From NCBI GenBank assembly GCA_965116875.1, contig OZ220733.1:3648001-3712000 (forward strand): a stretch of 64,000 nt of DNA, written 5' to 3'. Position numbers and translations under genes: made by a program. The first letter of the stretch is position 1, and the number at the start of each line of letters is the position of its first letter. Shown here in pieces: positions 1 through 8,126 of this stretch. This DNA is from Candidatus Latescibacterota bacterium (lineage in GTDB: Bacteria; Latescibacterota; UBA2968; GCA-2709665). Below the pieces are notes generated by a model. It was not told the DNA's origin and did no database searches. It saw nothing but the letters and a program-made list of their open reading frames with translations.

Positions 1-2791
1 TTTCCGGAAGCGTGCTGACGTCCTGCCAGAACCGGCCCGGCCCGCCGGCGCCGTTTGTGGTTTCGTCCGATACGACGATGGTGACCCTGGAGGTATGTTC
101 TCCCTGGTCGGAGGTGGAAACCGAGGTTTTGTCCACGCCCACGACCGTGGCGATGCGCGCAACGCCGGATTCGTTCAGGACCTTCGACTCCACGTCGGCA
201 ACGGTCTCCTGGGTGCGTTCCAGCGGCGTACCCACGGGCATGGCGAGTTCGAGGTCGAACTCGCCATGGTGAACGGCCGGAATGAGTTCCCGACCGATAT
301 GGGGCACCAGGACGTACCAGCAGAAAACAAACGGCAGAATGGCCATCACAACGATGGCGAGGCGGTTCTTCAACGCCCACCGGATCGCGGAAGGATAGAC
401 CCGGCTGATGGCGCCGAAGCCGACTTCAAAGGCATGTATGACGGGCGTAAGCAGCGGAACCGCGACGGCTGCCAGCAGGGACACGACCGTCAACCCGAGT
501 GGAAAGGTAATCATCAGAAGCAGGATCAGCAGTTTGCCGAGCAGGGACAACAACTGGAATATGAGGAATCGCACGACGACGTAGACGGGACCGAGCACGA
601 AGAGTGAGCACAGAAGCAGAACGCCGGCGCCGGCTGCGGGAAACCGCGGGACAACAGACAGACCTCCGCGGCGCATCGGCCATTTGCACGTGCGCCGGGT
701 GGCACTCCAGGTCCATCGAAAGCAGCCGGCGAATCCTTCACCGAGCGGGACCGGCGCGTTGAAAACCAGCAGATCGTGCCAGATGGCGTGGACGATCCGG
801 GATCCGAACGGCGTCGGGTTTTCCGACCACACGCACAGGCCCTTCCAGGCATGCGCCGGTTTCTTCCGGATCTTCAGTACAAGCGCGGCGAAAGGGTAGT
901 ACAGAATCGGGCCAAGGATGACAAGCGCCGCTTTCAGAACCACAATCAGGATTGCGAGTACGACCCAGAGTGTGCGCCAGGTGAATTCGAACACCAGCCA
1001 CAAGACATAGACGAGGCCCCTGAGCGCCAGGGCCGGGAGACGTTTTGGAGATCGATCTCCCGCAAGTGCCTTCAGCCGTGCGAGTGAGTTGAACTGCAGC
1101 AGTTCAGAGTTGAACATGTCGCCGATTGTCGAGCCCGCCCCTCCGCTCCCCGCGATCCGTATCTGCCGGGAAGCCAGCATCGGAATGAAGAAGAGCGCGA
1201 CGGCGAGCGACGCCACGAGTGAAAAGACCACGGTAAGGGACATGTCGCCGAAGACCTGGCCGGCCACGCCTTCGACGAAGACAATCGGAAAAAAGACCGC
1301 GACCGTGGTAAGCGTGGAGGCAAAGACCGCGCCGCCAACCTCGCCGGTGCCCCGGACCGCCGCCGTAACCATGTCGTCGCCCTCTTCGCGGCATCGGAAG
1401 ATGCTCTCCAGTACGACGATCGAGTTGTCTACGAGCATTCCAATGCCCAGCGCCATGCCTCCCAGCGACATGATGTTCAAAGACACGCCGAAAATCTTCA
1501 TGGGAGCGAACGTCGCGACGATGGAAATGGGGATCGCCAGGCTGACGATGCCGGTGTGTGACGGATTTCGCAGGAAGACATACAGCACCAGGATGGCAAG
1601 AATGCCCCCGATGATCGCCGTCTGTTTCACTTCGTCGATGGATCGTTTAATAAACTGCGACTGGTCCGACAGCACTTCCACCTGCATTCCCGGCGGCAGC
1701 GAATAGCCGATGAAGCTGGTCATTTCCTTCAGTTTGACGAACTGCCGCACCTGCGCCGCCCGGTCCGTGGCTTCGGCCTGTTTGATTTCTCCGGCCCGGA
1801 GTCGCTTCACGTAGGCCAGTTGTTCCGGTGTGCCGAACAGACGGTCCCGTACCCGCTGCGCCGCGGCGACGATATTCGCGTCGGCTTCCTTGAAGATATC
1901 GATTTCCACACTCTCCACGCCGTTGACGCGGGTGATGATCTCTCGATCCTTGTGGCCGCGAACAACGTCGCTCACGTCTCTCAGCCGGATATCCGCGCCG
2001 TTTTTCTGTCCGATAACGAGATCGCGGATTTCGTCCACCGTCCGGAACTCGTTGAGGGTGCGCACCATGTACTGGGTCTGGCCGTCCAGAAGACTGCCCC
2101 CGGCGAGGTTGACGTTCTCTTCGCGAAGACGTCTGTTGATGTCGCCGATGCCGAGCCCCATCAGGGCGAGTTGCCGTTCGTTGATTTCAACGCGGATTTC
2201 TTCTTCCAGACCCCCGTGCACCCGTGCCGCGGCCACCCCTTTCATCGCTTCCAGCGCCTGTTTGATTTCCTCCTCGGCAATCAGTCTCAGCGCATACAGA
2301 TCGGCATCGCCGTAAAGACCGATGCGCATGATGGGATCCTGCGTGGGATCGTAACGCAGAATCAGGGGTTTGTTGACGCCCCGGGGCATGTTCAGCCGGT
2401 CCAGGTTCTCCCGCACCGTCTGAACCGCGTCGTTCATGTCCGTGTCCCAGCCGAATTCAAGGATGACGTCCGACATCCCCGCACGGGAAATGGAGACGAT
2501 GCTGGCCAGATTGTTGACAACGCCCAGCCGTTGTTCGATCTGCCTGGAAATCAGGTTTTCTACTTCCTCCGGCGCGGTATCGGGATAGTCCGTACGGATG
2601 GTGAGGGTGGGGTAGGAGATATCCGGCATCAGGGTGAGCGGCAGCTGTTGGTAGGAAATGTAACCGAAGACCGCGACAGCGAGGACGACCATAAAAATGG
2701 CCACCGGCCTGCGGGTGGTGATTTCGAACGTGCGGGAGACCTGCTCCCGTGTGCGGGAAAGGGGATTTCGGGAAGCGGAGTCGTCGTTCAT
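1..2791 (-). CDS. RND efflux transporter permease, AcrB/AcrD/AcrF family (3' end outside window)
   Basis: Not in ORF track because no stop lies in the window. Manual translation from ATG 2791 (AGGA upstream) gives MNDDS...RRPVAIFMVVLAVAVFGYISYQQLPLTLMPDISYPTLTIRTDYPDTAPEEVE, with GMLVDNSIVVLESIFR in TM4. Follows an adaptor gene. Confidence 0.93.
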   Translation of the reverse strand, partial: MNDDSASRNPLSRTREQVSRTFEITTRRPVAIFMVVLAVAVFGYISYQQLPLTLMPDISYPTLTIRTDYPDTAPEEVENLISRQIEQRLGVVNNLASIVSISRAGMSDVILEFGWDTDMNDAVQTVRENLDRLNMPRGVNKPLILRYDPTQDPIMRIGLYGDADLYALRLIAEEEIKQALEAMKGVAAARVHGGLEEEIRVEINERQLALMGLGIGDINRRLREENVNLAGGSLLDGQTQYMVRTLNEFRTVDEIRDLVIGQKNGADIRLRDVSDVVRGHKDREIITRVNGVESVEIDIFKEADANIVAAAQRVRDRLFGTPEQLAYVKRLRAGEIKQAEATDRAAQVRQFVKLKEMTSFIGYSLPPGMQVEVLSDQSQFIKRSIDEVKQTAIIGGILAILVLYVFLRNPSHTGIVSLAIPISIVATFAPMKIFGVSLNIMSLGGMALGIGMLVDNSIVVLESIFRCREEGDDMVTAAVRGTGEVGGAVFASTLTTVAVFFPIVFVEGVAGQVFGDMSLTVVFSLVASLAVALFFIPMLASRQIRIAGSGGAGSTIGDMFNSELLQFNSLARLKALAGDRSPKRLPALALRGLVYVLWLVFEFTWRTLWVVLAILIVVLKAALVILGPILYYPFAALVLKIRKKPAHAWKGLCVWSENPTPFGSRIVHAIWHDLLVFNAPVPLGEGFAGCFRWTWSATRRTCKWPMRRGGLSVVPRFPAAGAGVLLLCSLFVLGPVYVVVRFLIFQLLSLLGKLLILLLMITFPLGLTVVSLLAAVAVPLLTPVIHAFEVGFGAISRVYPSAIRWALKNRLAIVVMAILPFVFCWYVLVPHIGRELIPAVHHGEFDLELAMPVGTPLERTQETVADVESKVLNESGVARIATVVGVDKTSVSTSDQGEHTSRVTIVVSDETTNGAGGPGRFWQDVSTLPE

Positions 2792-2870
2792 GTTTTCCTG
2801 ACCCTGAGTCAGCTGCGTCGACGGGCGGCCTGCCCCTTTGCAGCCGTGCGAAGACCGCTGGGAATCTTAA

Positions 2871-2954
2871 CAGCCCGTTGAAAAAGTCCATCCGGGCTAC
2901 CTGCCTGCCAAGACTTCACTGGCAGGCCTGCAGAGCGACTTTATCAACGGACTG
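2871..2954. mobile_element. Short (84 bp) MITE copy
   Basis: Ends CAGCCCGTTGAAAAAGTC...GACTTTATCAACGGACTG match, in inverted orientation, both ends of the element at 22721-23044. Flanked by TTAA/TCAA. Confidence 0.8.
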
Positions 2955-2967
2955 TCAAGGCAGCTTC

Positions 2968-4158
2968 TTAGCCCGGGGTTTCCTGCGGTTCCTGTCCGGT
3001 GGTATCCGGTTTGGCCGGAATGCGCAGACCCTTGCCTTCGATCACCCGGACCCTGGCCTGATCCTTGAGGCCATTCTGGCCCACGACGACGATGCTGTCG
3101 CCCGGCGAGACGCCGCTGAGAACCTCCAGGTTCCGGGTATCCTCAAATCCCACGTCGAGTTGAATCTTGCGTGCCGTGCTGTCCTGGACGACGAACACAT
3201 GAGGATATCCGTCATCGTAGACGACGGCGCGTTTGGGAACCAGCAGGGCCCGGTCGTGCGTGGCGGTGACGATTTTCGTTGTGACGAACAAACCGGGACG
3301 CAACTTTCCTTGCTCGTCGTCGATGGCCAGCGTAACCCTGAAGGTGCCGCTGTTCGGGTCGATCACCGGGCTGATGCGGATGATCCGGCCCGGAAAATCG
3401 ACGTCGGGTATCAGATCCGTGGTGATGCGGGCCTGCTGGCCGACAGAGATATTGGGCAGTTCTGATCCGGGTATGTGTGCTCTGGATATCAGACTCTTCA
3501 GGTTGACCAGGACGTATAGTTTGGATGTCGGCCCGATCCTGTCGCCCAATTTGACGATCCGTTCCGCCACGATCCCGGATATTGGAGATCGAACCGATGC
3601 ATGATCCAGATCCAGTTGGGCGCGCTGCCACCGGATCCTGGCCTGTTCCAGGTCGAATTCGTCACGTTCATACTCTTCTTTGGAAAGCAGATTCCTGGAG
3701 TAGATTTCCTTGCGGCGCTTAAAGTTGCTCTCCAGTTTGCGGTAAGCGACCTGTGCCTCCGCTTCGGCGAGCTTGAGCTGGTGGTCGACGAGGTGGACAA
3801 GTACCTGGCCCACCTTAACCCGGTCGCCCTCCTCGGCCAGCACCCTTTTGACGAGCCCGGATCCGTGGGCGTAAACATCCACCGTCTCTTCGGCCTCTAC
3901 CTTCGCATTGTAGAGCATATATGAGGAAATCGAACCCTGTTGAACATGATGGACCTTAACGGGTACGCCCTCCGGCGCTTTTTTCTTCTTCGCGGCCGCG
4001 GTCGTGTCGACGGCTGTCGAGTCGACCTTCGTCGAATCCGCCGTCGCTTCAGTCGTGCTCTTGTCCGCGGCCTTTTCACCGCTGCACCCGGCAAGCGCCC
4101 AGCCTGCAAAAATCATCGCCAGCAATACAGGATACTTAACAACGCGTGTTTCCGTCAT
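2968..4158 (-). CDS. RND efflux periplasmic adaptor (membrane fusion lipoprotein)
   Basis: Lipobox LAGC; motifs EEGDRVKVGQVL, RSPISGIV, SPVIDPNSGTF, LRPGLF; adjacent to AcrB-like gene. Confidence 0.93.
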   Translation of the reverse strand: MTETRVVKYPVLLAMIFAGWALAGCSGEKAADKSTTEATADSTKVDSTAVDTTAAAKKKKAPEGVPVKVHHVQQGSISSYMLYNAKVEAEETVDVYAHGSGLVKRVLAEEGDRVKVGQVLVHLVDHQLKLAEAEAQVAYRKLESNFKRRKEIYSRNLLSKEEYERDEFDLEQARIRWQRAQLDLDHASVRSPISGIVAERIVKLGDRIGPTSKLYVLVNLKSLISRAHIPGSELPNISVGQQARITTDLIPDVDFPGRIIRISPVIDPNSGTFRVTLAIDDEQGKLRPGLFVTTKIVTATHDRALLVPKRAVVYDDGYPHVFVVQDSTARKIQLDVGFEDTRNLEVLSGVSPGDSIVVVGQNGLKDQARVRVIEGKGLRIPAKPDTTGQEPQETPG

Positions 4159-4291
4159 CCGTACATCCTTACAGGGCGATAGGTGGATTTTCCCGGCGGC
4201 TTTTCGAACTGAGGGCCTCTCCCGGCACGGCCATCGGGAGATGCATCGACGGCACAGACGACGCCGGTCCGGGCTGAAATTGCCTACACTC

Positions 4292-4321
4292 TTTGACTCC
4301 CCAGACCGGCCGGATGTTTCG
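4292..4321 (-). promoter_or_regulatory. Possible ECF-sigma promoter for the efflux operon
   Basis: Minus strand reads CGAAAC-N16-GAGTCAAA, resembling the AAC...GTC ECF consensus. Confidence 0.4.
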
Positions 4322-4322
4322 C

Positions 4323-4365
4323 AAAAAAAGACGCCGGGCGGCCATTGTTCCGACGGCCCGGACGT
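4323..4365 (-). terminator. Rho-independent terminator after apbC
   Basis: Minus strand ACGTCCGGGC...GCCCGGCGTC followed by T7. Confidence 0.6.
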
Positions 4366-4402
4366 GGGTGGTGCCGGCGCACAGGTCGAATGCGGGGTTG
4401 AC

Positions 4403-5197
4403 TCAAGCTCCCACGGCCTTTCTGACGCCTGACGCGATTTCGTCGTAACGCCTGGAGACAGGGGATTCGGGGTCGCCGGCCGTTATCGGGGCGCCGGTGT
4501 CACCAGCCCTGCGTATCCGCAGGTCCAGGGGGATTTCACCCAGAAGCGGCACGCCGTATTCGGAAGCCATCTTCGCGCCGCCGCCCTTGCCGAAGATATC
4601 TGTCCGGGTATTGCAGTTGCCGCAAATATACTCGCTCATGTTTTCAACGATGCCGATAACGGGAACCTCGACCGTGTTGAACATCCGGATGCCGCGACGC
4701 ACGTCCTCGAGTGCCACGGATTGGGGTGTTGTCACGATGACGGCGCCGTCGAGCCGGGCGGATTGAATCAGGGTGAGCTGGACGTCGCCCGTCCCGGGCG
4801 GGAGATCGATTACGAGAAAGTCCAGCGGCGCCCAGGAAACGTCCCTGAGGAATTGCATCACCATCTTGGCCAGCATGGGACCACGCCAGATCACCGGCGC
4901 TCCCGCTTCGGTGATGAACCCGAGCGAGATCATCTTGACGTTGTGACGTTCGAGGGGGAGGATCCCGCCATTCGCATCCATGTCGGGCGTTTCGTTCACA
5001 CCCATCATGATCGGAACGTTCGGGCCGTAGATGTCCGCGTCCATGAGGCCAACCGCGGCGCCCTGCCTGGCCAGCGCCACGCAGAGATTCGCGGCGGTGG
5101 TGGATTTCCCCACGCCTCCCTTGCCGCTGGCGACGGCGATCAGGCGCCGGACGCCCGGAATCGGCGCGGGTCGAGGTACGTTTTCAGGATTGTTCAT
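4403..5197 (-). CDS. apbC: Mrp/NBP35 family Fe-S cluster carrier ATPase
   Basis: SGKGGVGKST Walker A, DADIYGPN, WRGPM, DLPPGTGD, ENMS and CxxC. Confidence 0.93.
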   Translation of the reverse strand: MNNPENVPRPAPIPGVRRLIAVASGKGGVGKSTTAANLCVALARQGAAVGLMDADIYGPNVPIMMGVNETPDMDANGGILPLERHNVKMISLGFITEAGAPVIWRGPMLAKMVMQFLRDVSWAPLDFLVIDLPPGTGDVQLTLIQSARLDGAVIVTTPQSVALEDVRRGIRMFNTVEVPVIGIVENMSEYICGNCNTRTDIFGKGGGAKMASEYGVPLLGEIPLDLRIRRAGDTGAPITAGDPESPVSRRYDEIASGVRKAVGA

Positions 5198-5233
5198 TGC
5201 GGTGCTTCCCCAGGCGGTTCGTGAGTGCCGCGT

Positions 5234-6358
5234 TCAATCGGACATCTTCAGGCTGTTGCGAACGCAATCGGCCAGGATGGGTACCCCTTCCCGGATATCG
5301 TGGTGCGTCGCATATCCGAAGGCGAGCCTGATGTACGGAACATCCATATTGGATACGTGGAAGGCCTTGCCGGTGGCATAGTCAATACCCATTGACTCCG
5401 CGAGTTGCTCACAGGCCGCGGTGTCGGTGGCGTCGGGCAACTTGACCCAGATAAAGAGACCGCCCTTCGGTCGGCTGAACCACTCGAACGCATCGGGAAA
5501 ACGCGAGAGCATCTCGAACATCAGATCGCGTTTCTTCCTGACGATGGCATTGATTCTGTCCACGTGCGACCAGAGTTCCTCTCTGAAATACTCGCAGACG
5601 ACGGCCGCGCTGAGCGCGCTTGTTCCTCCGTCGCGCCGATATTGAAGAATCCGGTCGAGTAGATCTCGAGGCGCCGCCAGGTAGCCAAGACGGATTCCCG
5701 GCCCCAGAATCTTGGACAGGGATTCTATGTGAATTACCGGCGTATCGTGCTCGAGGGTCCAGAGGGCGGGTTCGTGATGGTCTTCGTAGACGGTGTCGGC
5801 GTAGCAATGATCTTCAACCACCGGTATGGCGTAACGGCCCGCGATATCCAGCAGTTCGCGGCGCCGGCCGAGCGGCATGATCGAACCCGTAGGGTTCTGA
5901 TAGGTTGCCAGGGTATAGATGAATTTCGGTATTCTGTTCCCGGACGCAAGCCGGGCCAGCGTTTCTTCCAGGGCGTCCATTCGCATGCCGTGGTCGTCCA
6001 GCGGGACGCCGACGAGTTCTGCCTTCTCCTTGCGGTACGCGCTCAGCGTGCCCGAATAGGAGAATTCCTCGAGCACAATCACGTCGCCGGGCGACTCGAC
6101 CAGGACCTGGGCGACCAGCGTAACCGCCTGCATGGACCCGGTGGTGAGCGCAATCCGGTCGACGGGCAGGGCAACGCCCTCCCGGTGGGCGAACCTCCGG
6201 GACATGAGCTTTCGGAGCGGTTCGTATCCCAGCGAACCGGGATAGCACGCCAGCTCATCGCCCAGTTCCGGCAGAATGCGCATTGCGGCTTCGGCCAGAC
6301 CTCTGTTTGGAAAGGAGGCCGGGTCGGGACGGCCGCTACCAAAGGGGTATGTCTTCAC
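5234..6358 (-). CDS. PLP-dependent class I/II aminotransferase (LysN/ARO8-like)
   Basis: YQNPTG, VEDHCY, SLSKILGPGIRLG (PLP lysine), PKGGLFIW. Confidence 0.88.
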   Translation of the reverse strand: MKTYPFGSGRPDPASFPNRGLAEAAMRILPELGDELACYPGSLGYEPLRKLMSRRFAHREGVALPVDRIALTTGSMQAVTLVAQVLVESPGDVIVLEEFSYSGTLSAYRKEKAELVGVPLDDHGMRMDALEETLARLASGNRIPKFIYTLATYQNPTGSIMPLGRRRELLDIAGRYAIPVVEDHCYADTVYEDHHEPALWTLEHDTPVIHIESLSKILGPGIRLGYLAAPRDLLDRILQYRRDGGTSALSAAVVCEYFREELWSHVDRINAIVRKKRDLMFEMLSRFPDAFEWFSRPKGGLFIWVKLPDATDTAACEQLAESMGIDYATGKAFHVSNMDVPYIRLAFGYATHHDIREGVPILADCVRNSLKMSD

Positions 6359-6364
6359 AGCGCT

Positions 6365-7993
6365 TCAGATCCCTCTCTCCTTGCCCCGTATTCTGGGGTC
6401 GAGCGTAGCGAGGAGTTCGTCGTCTTCCGTGATTTCAATGGCTCGGACATTGGCCGCCGCACTCCCCTTGCCCAGCGCGTATTTGATCTCCGACTTCAGG
6501 TATTGGGGCGCTATTTCACCAAATCCTTCTTCGACCGTGACCCATTCGTTGCCTTCGGAGTGTACTCTGGGCGCGCTGACCGCCCAGTCGAGGTCCTCGT
6601 CCAGTATCAGTCGCCGTGTGAGTACCTGAAACAGGGAGGACGGGATACGGGTGCCGCCCGATGCGCCGAGGGTCATTACGGGCTCTCCGTCGCTCATGAT
6701 GAGAATGGGGCACATGTTGTTGATGGGCGACTTGCCCGCGTCGACCGAGTTGGGCAGCCCGGAACCGGGATCGAAGCGGGACATGCCGGCGTTCATGATG
6801 AGTCCCATCCTGGGAATGGTCACATACGAGCCGAAACCGGGGCCGTGGGTCAGGGTCAGGGAAGCCATATTGCGGTCGCGGTCCACAACGGAGACGTGGG
6901 TGGTTCCGCCGTAGGAGAGCGGGCGCAGCAACGCCTGCCCGCGCGTACCCTCCGACACATGATCTGCGATTTCGCGGCCCGTTGCTCCGATCTGGATTTC
7001 GGAGGTAAGGGTTTCCAGCGGTACCTTGACGAATCGGGGGTCGCCGAAATACCTGTACCGGTCCAGCCAGGCTGCGCGGATGGTTTCGGTCAGCCCGTGG
7101 GCGAGACGGGCGGCGTCGCGGGCCCAGAGATCCAGTTCAGCGACTTCGGCGATGCGACACATCTGAAGCACGGAAGGGCCGCTGGTACAGAGGGGTGGGG
7201 TGTACAGGTCGTAACCGAGAAACGAGGCGTGGACGGGTTCGACGTGGCGGGCCTGATAGTCCGCGAAGTCTTCTTCCGTGAGTATTCCGCCGTTCTCCCG
7301 AACGTGTTTCACGATTCTCCCGGCGATCCTTCCCCGGTAGAATTCATCGACTCCGTTCTTTGCGACCTGCTCGAGGATCCGACCCAGGCTCGCATTGGCC
7401 GCCCGATCTCTGGTTGTGGGCGCCCCATCGTCGACCAGCAGCAGCCGTTCCGTGTCCCGGTATGTGCGGATCCGCCTTTCGTTCGCTCCCACGGCGCTGG
7501 CGTAATCGGGTGAAACCCGAAATCCGTTCTTGCAAGCGCGTATGGCCGGAACAAGCGCCTGATCCAGCGGCATTTTTCCGTATTTCTCGATCGCCGCGGC
7601 CAGCCCGGCGAGTACGCCGGGAACGGAAATCGCGAGACAGCCCGTCTCGTTGGCCCTGCCGCTGACCAGCGACCCGAAACGTCCGTCTGAGCGGACCACC
7701 TGGAACATCCTGCTCGTGGCGGCCCCCGGCGCGACGGTGTTGAAGTCGATGCAACCGATTTCCCCGTTCATGCAAACCATCAGGGAGCCGCCGTAACCGC
7801 CGACGCCCGTGTGGTGCGGCGTCACCACGCAGGCGAGCAGGGCGGCCGTGACGGCTGCATCGACGGCATTGCCTCCCTTTTTCAATACGTTGACGGCTGC
7901 GGCGTCGGCTTCGGGCTGACCGACGACCGCGGCCTCCTGGAACGTGGCTGACACGTAAAGCGGCCCTCCTTCGAACGCTCGAAATTTACGCAA
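6365..7993 (-). CDS. ggt: Gamma-glutamyltransferase family (Ntn hydrolase)
   Basis: LKKGGNAVDAAV, GVGGYGG, VPG, TTHVSVVD nucleophile Thr, GASGGTRI, APRVH. Confidence 0.9.
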   Translation of the reverse strand: MRKFRAFEGGPLYVSATFQEAAVVGQPEADAAAVNVLKKGGNAVDAAVTAALLACVVTPHHTGVGGYGGSLMVCMNGEIGCIDFNTVAPGAATSRMFQVVRSDGRFGSLVSGRANETGCLAISVPGVLAGLAAAIEKYGKMPLDQALVPAIRACKNGFRVSPDYASAVGANERRIRTYRDTERLLLVDDGAPTTRDRAANASLGRILEQVAKNGVDEFYRGRIAGRIVKHVRENGGILTEEDFADYQARHVEPVHASFLGYDLYTPPLCTSGPSVLQMCRIAEVAELDLWARDAARLAHGLTETIRAAWLDRYRYFGDPRFVKVPLETLTSEIQIGATGREIADHVSEGTRGQALLRPLSYGGTTHVSVVDRDRNMASLTLTHGPGFGSYVTIPRMGLIMNAGMSRFDPGSGLPNSVDAGKSPINNMCPILIMSDGEPVMTLGASGGTRIPSSLFQVLTRRLILDEDLDWAVSAPRVHSEGNEWVTVEEGFGEIAPQYLKSEIKYALGKGSAAANVRAIEITEDDELLATLDPRIRGKERGI

Positions 7994-8004
7994 CGACCTG
8001 TTCG

Positions 8005-8033
8005 ATAATATAAGCGCGCCGTGCGCAGGTCAA
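8005..8033 (-). promoter_or_regulatory. Sigma70-type promoter for ggt
   Basis: TTGACC-N17-TATTAT on the minus strand, 11 bp upstream of the TTG start. Confidence 0.6.
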
Positions 8034-8126
8034 GGGTTTTTTTGTCATTTGGCGATTTTCGGTTGCCGGAACCTCTTGCGCCGGAAACGAACAGGCCGGA
8101 CGTGACCGTTTCTGCCGGTGTCGGCG

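Noticed and set aside
5729-7513. 594-aa plus-strand ORF, and similar long antisense ORFs (1820-2881, 8214-9437, 15637-17262, 28115-29425, 40285-41661, 47729-48964, 63050-63982)
   Set aside because: Shadow frames opposite well-supported genes in GC-rich DNA; no motifs.
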